A stretch of 64,000 nt of DNA from Parcubacteria group bacterium (GTDB lineage Bacteria > Patescibacteriota > Minisyncoccia > Moranbacterales > UBA11712): contig JBAZYY010000003.1 in the NCBI GenBank assembly GCA_041659065.1, positions 20,696-84,695 on the forward strand, read 5' to 3'. The position numbers and the translations under genes were made by a program. Below, piece by piece: positions 50,701 to 61,937 of the stretch (its first letter is position 1; each line of letters starts with the position of its first letter). Below the pieces are notes generated by a model. That model saw only the letters and a list, made by a program, of their open reading frames with translations. It did no database searches and was not told the DNA's origin.

Positions 50701-50855
50701 GGTCGGATATATTCAGCCGATTCGAAAATTTAATAGCGCGGGAAGTGCTTGCAACGGGTGTCATGGAGGCCGAAATACCTGACGCGGAAATTGTGGAGGA
50801 AGTTGAAATAGACGGGAACAAGATTAAGATTTGGATAAAGAGAGTTTTTGCATAG
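47712..50855 (+). CDS. ileS: isoleucine--tRNA ligase (type 2)
   Basis: EGPPTANG.PGLHH, GWDTHGLP, WTTTPWT, DWAISRERYWG, DQTRGWF, KMSKS. Confidence 0.96.
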   Translation: MFKPVDPKQSLPKMEEEILKFWEENKIFEKSVEKNSADKSFVFYEGPPTANGQPGLHHVLARSFKDIIPRYKTMKGFRVERKAGWDTHGLPVEIQVEKELGIHTKPEIENIIPGNARASIIEFNKKCKESVWKYKDLWEKLTERMAYWVDMKHPYITYENKYIESVWWTFAQIFKTKGKNGKGLVYRGSKVIPYCYRCGTGLSSHEVAQGYQKVRDNSVYVKFKVKSGQKIGEFETDDQTYFLVWTTTPWTLPGNVALAVGENIDYLIAEVEENDYKEVGLHKGDKIILINDVELQRNIFRGDHIRWGSVHNHEDDHAWGAVKYGNQQENNILFTNKKLKFPKGKELINLEYEPLYETNNTDKKSYFVLTDDFVSTGEGTGMVHIAPAFGEDDARVGAENNLPTLITVNEEGKITADVPGKGIPVKKKNDKNQYEADALIMEDLKKRGLLFKEEIIEHDYPHCWRCDMPLIYYAKPSWFIRMSEFSEELKKNNEGINWIPKHIKEGRFGEWLENVKDWAISRERYWGTPLPIWICEKCGAQKVIESIAELENLSGQKMEDLHKPFIDEVSFKCAECGGAMKKTPEVMDVWFDSGAMPLAEFSYPGGATEEEKEKIESGKYFPADYISEAIDQTRGWFYTLHAIATVLNLSKKVPTGNAYKNVICLGHILDGKGKKMSKSKGNVIEPMAVMAENGADALRWMLFSINQPGLPKKFDLKGMKDVMNRVFRMLWNTYYFFVLYANVDKFSAEGDKDKKIVNLLDRWIISETQALIKEVDGKLDAYDVYGATKIIEKFIDNLSNWYIRRSRRRFWKSESDEDKNQAYETLHYVLLELSKLMAPFTPFIAEEIFKNLSWKESVHLEDFPEAKENWINKELNEKMQVVRRFVNMGLAVRAKAGVKVRQPLAELRINEELDQELLELIRDEVNVKAVNFYSFIEHEEGFMTAEEAKWMMGLDTRVTDELRLEGQARELIRQIQELRKKAGFEVDNRVMLSYAGGSDIFSRFENLIAREVLATGVMEAEIPDAEIVEEVEIDGNKIKIWIKRVFA

Positions 50856-50908
50856 GATTCTCAGGGGGAACTGTTCGTTTAAAACTTAAAAAAAGAAGGT
50901 ATATCTTT

Positions 50909-51968
50909 ATGGATAGCAATCTTGCATCCAAACTGATGATTGCCGCTCTGGGTGTGATTGGAATTGGAGTTTCGCTTTTTGTATCCCTCACGATCGAATA
51001 CCTTGGTGGATGGCGGATATTAGCTGAAACAATTTTGAAGAAGATTAAGAAAAAACAATCATAATTTTTTCGGCCCAAGGGGCGGGAGGGGATTATGCAG
51101 CCGATAGCGGAAGGTATTATTATGGCGACCCGATATTTTTGGGAGCTCTTTGACCTTTTGATTTCTCCTCGCTGCCCAAAGTGCAAGAGCTACGATGTCG
51201 AGGCGACGGGTAAATCGAAAATTTTCGCTTCTCCCATGGAGGGACAAGACAGCTCAAGCTCCATATTATTTATGCAAGAGTATAAATGCCGTAAATCTGG
51301 TCATAAGTTTCTGTGGTGGTTTTAAAGGAGGCGGTATGAGAAAATTTTTGATCTGGCTATGGAAAGGCGTCGTCTCATTTTTTGCGGCTCCTAAAAAACC
51401 GGATAACAAGCATTCGCTTCTCTCGTCCCACTCTAGAGTCTATGGCCAGGAATCTCTATATCTTTGCGTGGGTCAGCTAGGCTCCAAAGAGGAAAAATAG
51501 AATGACTGCGACCCTTTTTCTGGCGATTTTAACCGTCGGCTTAGCGGCGTACGTTTCCGATGCGGATTCAGCCTGGAAAATCCTGGTTGCCAGCGCTTTC
51601 TTGCTAACGACTTTCAGACTCCTCTTTTGGAGCCGTAAGAAAAAATTCACAGGCCAGTAATTTCCTCTGGCCAAAGGAAGGGGAAAAATGGTCTATACTC
51701 CGTTCCCTCTGACGATTCTTGTGCCCGGGATGATAATGGGCGGAATTTTGCTTCTGGTAATTTTTTCTCTCCTCAATATGGCACAAAGAGGGGACAGCCA
51801 ACAGGATCAACTGGAATTTGAATTGGCCCACAAAAGCTCCGAGGACTCTAACGATGAGGAATGTGTATCATGACTGACTTACCGCCTTGCGGCTTCGGGT
51901 GGATTTTTTTCATCGGTCCGGTATCCATGTTTATTTATACCATGCTCATGGGAGGCCGCGGGAAATGA
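50909..51968 (+). CDS. cluster of six small ORFs (50909-51064, 51095-51325, 51336-51500, 51502-51660, 51688-51873, 51870-51968)
   Basis: Tightly packed 32-76 aa ORFs, most with a hydrophobic helix and SD-like leader; one has CPKC...C..H. Confidence 0.5.
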
Positions 51969-51996
51969 TTATTGCGCGGATCTCAAAGACTTCAAC

Positions 51997-52032
51997 CACC
52001 GCTGTGGGGGCACCTCTACAGCGGTTTTTTTA
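51997..52032 (+). terminator. intrinsic terminator
   Basis: ACCGCTGTGG...CTACAGCGGT-TTTTTTT. Confidence 0.65.
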
Positions 52033-52108
52033 TAAAATACTCTATACTATAATAGAAGTGGGATAATTGCGCAGCTTTATTTTCTAGATCCCAAACATAT
52101 AAAAACTT

Positions 52109-52822
52109 ATGCAAAAATATACTGCTATAATTCTTTCCTCCCGCGATACGAATGAATTTGACCGCATATATATAATGTACACGCTGGAATTCGGCTTGGT
52201 GCGGGCGGTAGCCAAGGGCGCGCGAAAGCCAACCGCGAAACTGGCCGGGCATCTTGAGCCCGGAACGCTCTCCGAGGTCTATATCGCGCGAGCGAAGGGC
52301 CTAGGGCAAATCACTGGCGCGGTCGAAATCAAAAATCATGAGCACATAAAAAACAGCTACGAAAAGCTGCAACAGGTTTTTCCCGTGCTTAATTTCATTG
52401 CGCGAAAATTCAGCGAAGAAGAAAAAGACGAAAAGATCTTCGAACTGCTGTCAGATTTTCTAGACTTGCTGAACGGGCGTGATAATCCTGAGGGAAGCGA
52501 TAAGATTATCACGGCTTCTTTTTGGTGGAAACTGTTTGATTTTTTAGGGCATCGTCCTGAAGTGATGCGCTGCGCTAACTGCGAAAGTATTCTTACGGAA
52601 TCCGGAAAGAAATTTTTCAGCGTCTCGAAAGGGGGGATAATCTGCGCGGGATGCTCCACAAGCGGAGAAAATCTTCTGAATATATCCTCGAATAATATCA
52701 AGCTTATCCGCGTGTTTCTGGGAAATCCGATCAAAAAAATTTCCAAAATCAAAGCGGAAAAAAATGATATCCAAAACCTCGAAAGGATTACCGAACTTTT
52801 TCAAAAATATAACTTTACTTAA
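52109..52822 (+). CDS. recO: DNA repair protein RecO
   Basis: EFDRI...T.EFG...AVAKGARK; CANC...CAGC. Confidence 0.9.
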   Translation: MQKYTAIILSSRDTNEFDRIYIMYTLEFGLVRAVAKGARKPTAKLAGHLEPGTLSEVYIARAKGLGQITGAVEIKNHEHIKNSYEKLQQVFPVLNFIARKFSEEEKDEKIFELLSDFLDLLNGRDNPEGSDKIITASFWWKLFDFLGHRPEVMRCANCESILTESGKKFFSVSKGGIICAGCSTSGENLLNISSNNIKLIRVFLGNPIKKISKIKAEKNDIQNLERITELFQKYNFT

Positions 52823-52928
52823 GGTATTTGTGCCGGTGCGGCTATTATTGTAAAATGAAGCCAATGCTTTGGGGAATCGCTGAAAAATTCATTGCCGCAG
52901 GCCGCTCTAATAAGCGCATAAACAAAAA

Positions 52929-54872
52929 ATGTCGTTAAAAAACATAGAAGAGAGTTTATACAGGAGAGAGGAAAATCCGGAAGAGAAAAAATCTTTTACA
53001 CTTGAGAGTTTGAACCCCGCCCAGACGGATGAAAGTCCCTTCGCTCCGGCTAGCTTTAGCGCGCCAAAAAACGAGTCAAAAGATGTTTGGATAAAAGAGG
53101 GAGGCGAGGAAAAGAAGGCAAAGAGGAAAAGAATCACGAAAATCGTGTTGATAACGGCGGGCGTTATCGCGCTGATCGTAGGAATTATTTACGCGGCTGT
53201 CGTCTATAGGAGCACGGCTTTTTCCGAAGATAAAGTGGCGGTGACGGTCTCCGGACCGGATAAAGTAAAGAGCGGGGAGCTCGCGACCTACGAGATAACT
53301 TACAATAATGATAATCGGGCCGCGCTCAAGGACGCCGTTGTCAGAATCGGCTACTCGGACAATTTCAAACCGATCGGGAATCTCGATCTCGTAGCGGACG
53401 GACCCAATGCCAGCAAATACAATATTGGGGCGATCGACAAAAAAGCCAGCGGCAAGCTCATCCTAAAAGGAAAGTTTTTTGGGCCTAAGGACTTGATGGT
53501 TTACTTGAATGTCAAACTGGATTACAGCTCTTCGAATTTCAATTCCACGTTTTCGACCGAAAGCAAGCAAAGCGTCTTTATCTCCTCCAGCCCTTTGACG
53601 CTTGAGCTTTCCGGCCCGCAAAACGCATCAGCGGGAAATTCAGTCACCTACACGGTAAAATATGAAAACACCGGGCAAGATGCCTTCAAGGATTTAAAGA
53701 TAAAGGCGGAATATCCAAAAGATTTCACTTATATTTCTGCCGAGCCGCTGGCTACCCGGGACAATAGCTTGTGGTATGTCGGCGATCTCGAAGCCGGACA
53801 GAAGGGTGAAATAAAATTCACGGGATCAATAAGCGGCGGGGCGGATGAAGTAAAAAGGTTTAGCGCTTCAATCGGGGAATTTGGCGATAATGAAGAGTTT
53901 GTTGCCTACCAAAAATCGGATGCCAGCGTGAGAATAGTCGGATCAGCTCTTCTAGTCGCCCAGACTATTAACAAGGAAAAGGATAATATTTCCGTGAACG
54001 CGGGCGAAACATTGAATTTTAATATCAAATATAAAAATACGGGCCGAATTGGACTTAAGGATATAATTCTTACCGAGGAAATGGTCAGCCCGATCATAGA
54101 TTATTCCACGCTGAGATTCAATAGTTCAAATGGTTCGCTTGATTCCGGCAGCAGCGTTATTACCTGGAAAGGGTCCGATACGGATAAATTAAAACTCCTG
54201 GAACCCGGAGAAGCGGGGGAAATATCTTTTTCAGTAAAAATCAAAGATCAAATTCCCATAGCCAGCACTAAGGATAAAAACTTTTCTTTTGCGGCCAATG
54301 CCAAGATGGATAGTCCGGATATTCCCACTCCGGAAGGAGTGAATAAGATAATCGCGAGCAATACCGTGGGAGTAAAGCTTAAGTCGAAACTTCTGATTGA
54401 AGAAACGGGCTGGTATAATGACGATACCGGGCTTGAAAATTCCGGATCGCTGCCTCTCAAGGTCGGGGAGGAAACTACGTTTAGCATCCATCTGAAACTG
54501 ACCAATGTTTCAAATGACATCACAAACGTGAAGGTCGCCGTGACGCTGGCTCCGGGCATTAAGTGGAAAAACAATTTTCTTCCTAAGGACGCGAGTGTTA
54601 GTTTTAATGATCGGACCAATGAACTGACTTGGAATATCGGGACCATGCCGGCCGGAGTTGGTATTTTGACCGATCCCAAACAACTGGCTTTTCAAATCGG
54701 AGCGACTCCCTCTGAAAACCAAAAAGGGCAATATATCCCGCTCATAAGCAAGGCCGTCTTTTCGGCGGATGACACGTTTACGAAAGAAAAGCTTGAGACA
54801 GGGCTGGGTGAAAAAAATTCCAATCTTCAGGAAGACATCAGTGTTGGAGATAGCGGGAAGGTGGCACTGTAG
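52929..54872 (+). CDS. single-TM protein with tandem Ig-like (DUF11-like) domains
   Basis: One TM helix; repeated GP....G..VTY.I.Y.N units. Confidence 0.75.
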   Translation: MSLKNIEESLYRREENPEEKKSFTLESLNPAQTDESPFAPASFSAPKNESKDVWIKEGGEEKKAKRKRITKIVLITAGVIALIVGIIYAAVVYRSTAFSEDKVAVTVSGPDKVKSGELATYEITYNNDNRAALKDAVVRIGYSDNFKPIGNLDLVADGPNASKYNIGAIDKKASGKLILKGKFFGPKDLMVYLNVKLDYSSSNFNSTFSTESKQSVFISSSPLTLELSGPQNASAGNSVTYTVKYENTGQDAFKDLKIKAEYPKDFTYISAEPLATRDNSLWYVGDLEAGQKGEIKFTGSISGGADEVKRFSASIGEFGDNEEFVAYQKSDASVRIVGSALLVAQTINKEKDNISVNAGETLNFNIKYKNTGRIGLKDIILTEEMVSPIIDYSTLRFNSSNGSLDSGSSVITWKGSDTDKLKLLEPGEAGEISFSVKIKDQIPIASTKDKNFSFAANAKMDSPDIPTPEGVNKIIASNTVGVKLKSKLLIEETGWYNDDTGLENSGSLPLKVGEETTFSIHLKLTNVSNDITNVKVAVTLAPGIKWKNNFLPKDASVSFNDRTNELTWNIGTMPAGVGILTDPKQLAFQIGATPSENQKGQYIPLISKAVFSADDTFTKEKLETGLGEKNSNLQEDISVGDSGKVAL

Positions 54873-54931
54873 CCTCATAACACACGACGCATGGCGCGCA
54901 ACTTAATTACTAACGCGAATTTGAGGTTTAG

Positions 54932-56143
<1,212 letters not shown>

Positions 56144-56188
56144 AAGGATTTTTATGGGCGTTTGCCGAGTAAGCATTAATTCGTTTAT

Positions 56189-57001
56189 ATGGCGATAAAT
56201 CAGAAGAAAAAAGTCGGCGTGGTCGGCTATGGCTACGTTGGCAAGGCAGTGTATAAGTTTTTCGAGGATAATTTTGAAGTTGCTTTTTACGATCCGGAGG
56301 TCGATGGTTCGGCAACAAAAGAAGAGATTAACGCGTGTGATTTGGCGGTTGTTTGCGTCCCCACTCCGATGAGCGAGAGCGGAGCCTGCGACTTGTCGAT
56401 TATCGAAGAGGCTATTAATTGGCTTGAAACTCCGCTAATCCTGATAAAGAGTACGATTCCGCCAGGAACAACAGCCAAGCTTATTGAAAAAACGGGCAAA
56501 AAAATTTGTTTTTCCCCGGAGTACATCGGCGAGGGAGGATATTTTGTGCCGCATTGGAAATATCCCCACCCAAAGAAAATGAAATACCATAATTTCCATA
56601 TTGTTGGCGGGAAAAAGGAAACAGCTTCTCAAATTATGGACTATTTTGTGCGGATAATGGGGCCGGACGCGAAATTTTTCGCGACGGATTCGACCACGGC
56701 CGAACTGGTTAAATATATGGAAAACTCTTTTATTGCTGCTAAAGTGACATTCTGCAATGAATTCTACGGCATAGCCAAATCTTTTGGAGTTGATTACAAA
56801 GAACTCCGGGAACTGTGGCTTCTGGACGAACGGGTGGGCAGGATGTTTACCGCAGTCTTTCCGGACAAACGTGGTTTTGAGGGAAAATGCATACCTAAAG
56901 ATGTTAACGCGATTGCAAAGGCCGCTGAAGATTCCGGTTATGATCCTAGATTTATAAAATCAATCCTGGAGAATAACGAGCGGATAAGGAAAGAATCCTA
57001 A
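56189..57001 (+). CDS. UDP-glucose/GDP-mannose dehydrogenase family protein (short form)
   Basis: GYGYVG, CVPTP, KSTIPPG, SPE, KYMENS, GKCIPKD; C-terminal domain absent. Confidence 0.85.
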   Translation: MAINQKKKVGVVGYGYVGKAVYKFFEDNFEVAFYDPEVDGSATKEEINACDLAVVCVPTPMSESGACDLSIIEEAINWLETPLILIKSTIPPGTTAKLIEKTGKKICFSPEYIGEGGYFVPHWKYPHPKKMKYHNFHIVGGKKETASQIMDYFVRIMGPDAKFFATDSTTAELVKYMENSFIAAKVTFCNEFYGIAKSFGVDYKELRELWLLDERVGRMFTAVFPDKRGFEGKCIPKDVNAIAKAAEDSGYDPRFIKSILENNERIRKES

Positions 57002-57095
57002 AAAGCGGAGAAAGAATTATAAATTTTCGGAACCTGAACGCGAGAGTCCCTAAAAATTTGTAATTCTTTCTTTTATTATATAAATATATCAAACC

Positions 57096-58358
57096 ATGGA
57101 ACTTATTGCTCCCGGCGGGAGTCTCGAAAAAATTGAATATGCTTATCATTACGGAGCAGACGCGGTCTATGTTGGCCTACCAGCCTTTTCCCTGCGCTCA
57201 AGAATTAATGAATTCAACGAAGCTAAGCTAAAAAAGGCGGTGGAATTGGCGAGATCCGCCAAGAAGAAGATTTATTTTACGCTCAACATATACGCGCACG
57301 AGCGCCACTTGAAATTACTCGAAAAGCATGTGGCATTCATAAAAAGCATAAAGCCCGACGCACTGATCGTCAGCGATCCCGGGGTTGTAAGATTGCTCAG
57401 AAAGAAAATCCCAAAAATCAGAATTCATCTCTCAACTCAGGCCAATACGACCAACTCCGAATCCGTAAAATTCTGGAGCGAACAGGGTATTTCAAGGATT
57501 ATCTTGGCGCGCGAAGTGACGCTCTCGGAAATAAAGGCAATCAGGAAAAAATGTCCTAAGATCGAACTCGAATATTTCGTCCATGGAGCGATGTGTATGA
57601 GTTATAGCGGCCGATGCCTCCTTTCGCGTTGGCTGGCGAATCGGAGCGCGAACCTCGGAGACTGCATCCAGCCTTGCAGATGGAAGACTAAGTTAAAAGT
57701 TAAAAGTGAAAAATTAAAAGTTTCGGAAGACTGTTTATTATCAATAGACAACAAGCAGAGTGCAGTTGTCAGTGAGGATAAAAATGGGACGTATATTTTC
57801 AATTCCAAAGATCTTTGTCTGATTGAATATCTGGACAAGCTTGCAGAAGCGGGAGTAAATGCTTTCAAGATCGAAGGGCGAACCAAGAGCGTCTACTATG
57901 TTTCCGTTGCTACGAAGTTTTATCGGGAAGTTTTGAATGCCGCGGCCTCTGAAAAAAATAAGGGGAAAATAAAGATAATTACCGCCGAAGCCAAGAACGA
58001 GCTTATGAAATTGACGAATCGCGGCTATACCACCGGATTTTTACTCGGGAAAGAAGGTTGGGAGAATAATTTCTCATGTTCGCACAAAAAAAACGATTAC
58101 CAATTTGTGGGACAAATAATAAAATCAGGCAAAGATTTTTTTCACAAAGCGAAAGTTCACAACGCACTCAGAGAAGGCGAAGAAGTCGAAGTTATTTCCA
58201 GTTCCGGTATATCACTGTCGCGAGTAGCCGAAATAAAAAGTCCGGATGGCAAGACCGTCGCAGAGGCCCATGGCGGGAGCAAAAGCATATACTATCTTAG
58301 GCTTGAAAAAGACTATCCGGAAAAAACTTTACTTAGAAAAAAAATGTTTTGTGGATAA
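57096..58358 (+). CDS. U32 family peptidase (TrhP-like tRNA hydroxylation)
   Basis: GADAVY, HLSTQAN, LARE, HGAMCMSYSGRC, CIQPCR, KIEGR. Confidence 0.9.
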   Translation: MELIAPGGSLEKIEYAYHYGADAVYVGLPAFSLRSRINEFNEAKLKKAVELARSAKKKIYFTLNIYAHERHLKLLEKHVAFIKSIKPDALIVSDPGVVRLLRKKIPKIRIHLSTQANTTNSESVKFWSEQGISRIILAREVTLSEIKAIRKKCPKIELEYFVHGAMCMSYSGRCLLSRWLANRSANLGDCIQPCRWKTKLKVKSEKLKVSEDCLLSIDNKQSAVVSEDKNGTYIFNSKDLCLIEYLDKLAEAGVNAFKIEGRTKSVYYVSVATKFYREVLNAAASEKNKGKIKIITAEAKNELMKLTNRGYTTGFLLGKEGWENNFSCSHKKNDYQFVGQIIKSGKDFFHKAKVHNALREGEEVEVISSSGISLSRVAEIKSPDGKTVAEAHGGSKSIYYLRLEKDYPEKTLLRKKMFCG

Positions 58359-58431
58359 CTTTTTTGCTATGCGCAAAGATAAAAATATGTTATTATTTGG
58401 AAAAGAAATTATCTAACTAACGTATAAAACA

Positions 58432-59160
58432 ATGAAAGGGAGGATTCAAACAAAAAGCAAAAAAACGCCGAATAATAAAAGGAAAATTAAATCAGGCGTG
58501 AAAGTTGCGGCGGCAAAAAAGTTTTTTAGCAGCCAAAGCAAAAAGGCCGACACCAAAGAGCTGAAAATAAAATGGCACAAAGATAACCTGCGGTTCGGAG
58601 TTTCTCTGATCGTTCTGACAGCACTCCTTGAAGCGGCTTTGTTTATGTTTCTCTTGGTTTTGAATAATTCAACGGACATCGCAGCGAGCAAGGCAAATGC
58701 CTATCAGGCGCCGATTCAAACAGGCGCAGTTCAAAAAAAGATAGCCAGTTCCGCGGAAAAAACAGTAAAGGATGACGGTTTGGACTATGAGGTTACTATC
58801 CCGAAGGAAATTGGAGATTGGATGTATAAGACCGGATACGTGAAAAGCTTGGTCGATGATACTCTCTCGGATGAATATCTGCAAATTTATATGCCGCTAC
58901 CAGCTAAATCAGGAGGAAATAAATTTGAAGGTCGCTATCAAAATATCCTGACAATTATGCGTTTTACGGAGGAGGAATGGGATGACATTGACAAAGGCTG
59001 CGCGAAAAGCGACCTCTACTATTGCGATACGCAAGGAAAAGAACTGGACAGAAAAGATGGCTATGTCTATAGCTACACCGCGCCGGCGGATTGTCCGAAA
59101 GAGATAAGCTACGGATGTGGAAAAACCGATCAAATTGTTGGGAGCTTCAAGCTAAAGTGA
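58432..59160 (+). CDS. hypothetical single-TM protein
   Basis: Basic N-terminus, TM helix, Cys-containing C-terminal domain. Confidence 0.7.
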   Translation: MKGRIQTKSKKTPNNKRKIKSGVKVAAAKKFFSSQSKKADTKELKIKWHKDNLRFGVSLIVLTALLEAALFMFLLVLNNSTDIAASKANAYQAPIQTGAVQKKIASSAEKTVKDDGLDYEVTIPKEIGDWMYKTGYVKSLVDDTLSDEYLQIYMPLPAKSGGNKFEGRYQNILTIMRFTEEEWDDIDKGCAKSDLYYCDTQGKELDRKDGYVYSYTAPADCPKEISYGCGKTDQIVGSFKLK

Positions 59161-59254
59161 TTTGAAGGCCTCGGCAAGAGGCCTTTTTCTTAAATTGCAT
59201 CTTACTCGTCGGTATCGGCGTAATATATATCCGGAAAGAATATCCGCAAAGTAA

Positions 59255-60043
59255 ATGGCAATAATCGATAAAATCAGGTTTCTCTTATCCAGGATGGAAA
59301 TCCTTCGCAACGTTTTTCTGATAGTATTTCTGATTTTGGTCGTCACAATTATCCTAACCCCCATTCTTGTCAGCCGGGGACTTTTTGGCTTTACGGAGGA
59401 AGCTTTTGAAGCAGTCCTTCTTTTTGTGCAGGTATCGGTAGCGTGGAACGTTTTTCGGCAATACGAAAAAACGGTCAAACGGCAGGAGGAAGAAACTCGA
59501 AAACTGGAAATAGAATACGAAATAAAAGAAAAAGAGCTCTTGGAAGCTTTCAAGCACCTGGGCAAAATTAACGTACAAATATCGCTGGTAAAATCTTTTC
59601 TGCAAAAACTTAAAGCTCCCACCTCAAAAAAGGAGATGAAACAATATATCGATGAGATCTTGCGAATTGCTCTTTCTCTGGCAAGAAAGCAATGGATCGC
59701 GCTAAAGATGATAAACCCGGAAAATCTCAACACGGTCTCCGAGCACTGGGCGCAAGTTTCACCCAACACGAAAGTCGATGATATTAAGATAGGCAACAAA
59801 GACATTATTGATCTAGCGGATAAAAATGATATCTGCAATAAGGATGGCTATTGCGTAATTACATCTGAAGGGGATGGCACCGCGCCTCTCCGGGCTTATC
59901 TGGTATTTCTTGAAAATAAGAAAATTGACCCCGAAATCAGGGATTTTCTCGAAGCGGCGGCGAATCAATGCGAGCTTCTATATGCCCTTTATTCCCTGAA
60001 ATATAAAAAAGACAACGGGAAATCGGTAATTTTCGGGCCTTAG
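59255..60043 (+). CDS. hypothetical membrane protein (2 TM + coiled coil)
   Basis: Hydrophobic N-terminus then charged helix. Confidence 0.7.
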   Translation: MAIIDKIRFLLSRMEILRNVFLIVFLILVVTIILTPILVSRGLFGFTEEAFEAVLLFVQVSVAWNVFRQYEKTVKRQEEETRKLEIEYEIKEKELLEAFKHLGKINVQISLVKSFLQKLKAPTSKKEMKQYIDEILRIALSLARKQWIALKMINPENLNTVSEHWAQVSPNTKVDDIKIGNKDIIDLADKNDICNKDGYCVITSEGDGTAPLRAYLVFLENKKIDPEIRDFLEAAANQCELLYALYSLKYKKDNGKSVIFGP

Positions 60044-60099
60044 CGCCAAAAGCGCGAATAAGTCTTGACGCAGGGCGAATAACCTGTTAAATTAATTCA

Positions 60100-60372
60100 T
60101 GGGGAATTGGCAACTCCTCCGATAAAATTCCATATTTAAAGTGTCTTTTGAGATTAGCCTGTCCTCCAGCCAGGAAATTTCAGAGGGAAGTCGGGTGGAA
60201 CCGCGGACCGATTAGTATCTGGTATTTAGTATCTAGTATCTAGTATTTTGGAATGATCCTGAAAATATTGATCAGCGAAATACTAAATACGAAATACTAT
60301 ATACAAAATACGATTTTGGCTCGTCCCGAATATCTGAAATTAATTTTTTGGATGTTTAGGACGAGCTTTTAT
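60100..60372 (+). promoter_or_regulatory. T-box riboswitch leader
   Basis: AGTCGGGTGGAACCGCG at ~60189-60205; partner CTCGTCCCGA at 60320; terminator ending GGACGAGCTTTT; promoter TTGACG-17-TAAATT at 60065-60093; precedes GlyRS. Confidence 0.8.
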
Positions 60373-60454
60373 AATAAGCTAAAAAGTAAAAATGAAAAGT
60401 GAAAAAGTCTGGTGTCGCTTCGCGATTATTATATTAAATTGTTAAATTAATATT

Positions 60455-61855
60455 ATGGCAGAAAAAAAAGAAAACATGATGGAAAAAATTGTGTCGCTGT
60501 GCAAGCGGCGGGGATTTGTTTTTCCTTCTTCGGAAATTTATGGAGGGATGCAGGCTATTTATGACTATGGCCACTACGGGACATTGCTGAAAAATAATAT
60601 TCGCGACGAATGGTGGAAGCATATGGTGCAATTTCGAGACGATGTGGTTGGTCTCGACAGTTCCATTTTCATGCATCCGACAACTTGGGTGGCTTCCGGA
60701 CACGTGGAGGGTTTTGACGATCCGCAAATCGATTGCCGCCAGTGCAAAGCCAGAATGAGAGCTGATCATGTTCTGGAAGAGCATGGCATCAGCGCCGACA
60801 AAGCGCCGATTGAATTCATCAATGAAAAACTCGACGAATTGCGGGCAGCCAAAAAATTGAAGTGCGTCGCCTGCGGATCGGATGATCTCACTCCGGCGAA
60901 AAGATTTTCTTTGATGGTGAAATCGAATCTGGGATCCCCAACGGATGCGTTGAGCGAGGAAAACGTAGTGTACTTGCGGCCGGAGACTTGCGGAGGAATT
61001 TATTTGGAATACAAAAATACCGTTGATTCTTTGCACGTGAAGCTGCCTTTCGGGATCGCTCAAATCGGGAAGGCCTTCCGCAACGAAATCGTTGCGCGGC
61101 AATTCATATTCCGCACTCGCGAATTCGAACAAATGGAAATGCAATATTTCTTGCACCCGAGCGTCATGAAAGAAAAATATGATATGTGGAAACAAATCCG
61201 CTGGGACTGGTATCTTGAATATGGCATAAAAGCGGATGAAATTCGCTGGTACAAGCACGAAAAGCTGGCGCACTACGCTTCCGAAGCCTACGACGTTGAG
61301 TATAATTTCAAATCCCTTGGAGGTTTCAAGGAAGTTGAAGGAATCCACGCGCGAGGAAATTGGGATTTGTCGCAGCATTCCAAATTTTCGGGAGTGGAAC
61401 TTGACTATTTCGACGAAAAGACCGGTGAAAAATTCATTCCTCATATCATGGAGACTTCAGCTGGTCTCAATCGGCATGTGCTGATGTTCATTGATCAGGC
61501 CTACACCGAAGAAAAAGTCGGCGATGAAACAAGGGTAGTTCTGAAATTTGACAAGAGGCTAGCGCCGATCAAAGCGGCCGTTTTGCCGCTTTCCAAAAAA
61601 GACGAGCTGACCAAACCTGCCAAGGAAATTTGGAATACATTGAAAATGCAATTTATGACGGACTATGATGAAACCCAATCAATTGGCAAGCGCTATCGCC
61701 GGCAGGATGAGATCGGAACACCCTATTGCGTGACGGTTGATTTTGAAACTTTGAATGACAAAGCCGTTACGGTGCGCGAACGGGATTCAATGCAGCAGGA
61801 AAGGGTGAAGATTGAAGAATTAGTGAAATATCTGAGAGAGAGAATAGGGGATTAA
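60455..61855 (+). CDS. glyQS: glycine--tRNA ligase (homodimeric type)
   Basis: KRRGFVFPSSEIYGG, YLRPET, FRNEI, REFEQME, SIGKRYRRQDEIGTP. Confidence 0.96.
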   Translation: MAEKKENMMEKIVSLCKRRGFVFPSSEIYGGMQAIYDYGHYGTLLKNNIRDEWWKHMVQFRDDVVGLDSSIFMHPTTWVASGHVEGFDDPQIDCRQCKARMRADHVLEEHGISADKAPIEFINEKLDELRAAKKLKCVACGSDDLTPAKRFSLMVKSNLGSPTDALSEENVVYLRPETCGGIYLEYKNTVDSLHVKLPFGIAQIGKAFRNEIVARQFIFRTREFEQMEMQYFLHPSVMKEKYDMWKQIRWDWYLEYGIKADEIRWYKHEKLAHYASEAYDVEYNFKSLGGFKEVEGIHARGNWDLSQHSKFSGVELDYFDEKTGEKFIPHIMETSAGLNRHVLMFIDQAYTEEKVGDETRVVLKFDKRLAPIKAAVLPLSKKDELTKPAKEIWNTLKMQFMTDYDETQSIGKRYRRQDEIGTPYCVTVDFETLNDKAVTVRERDSMQQERVKIEELVKYLRERIGD

Positions 61856-61937
61856 GTTGCAACTCATAAGAAGTTCTAATCGATAAAACATTATTACAGT
61901 ACTACGTAGTATTGAAGTATTGTAGAAAATAACATTT

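Noticed and set aside
60434-61444. 336-aa minus-strand ORF
   Set aside because: Antisense shadow of glyQS
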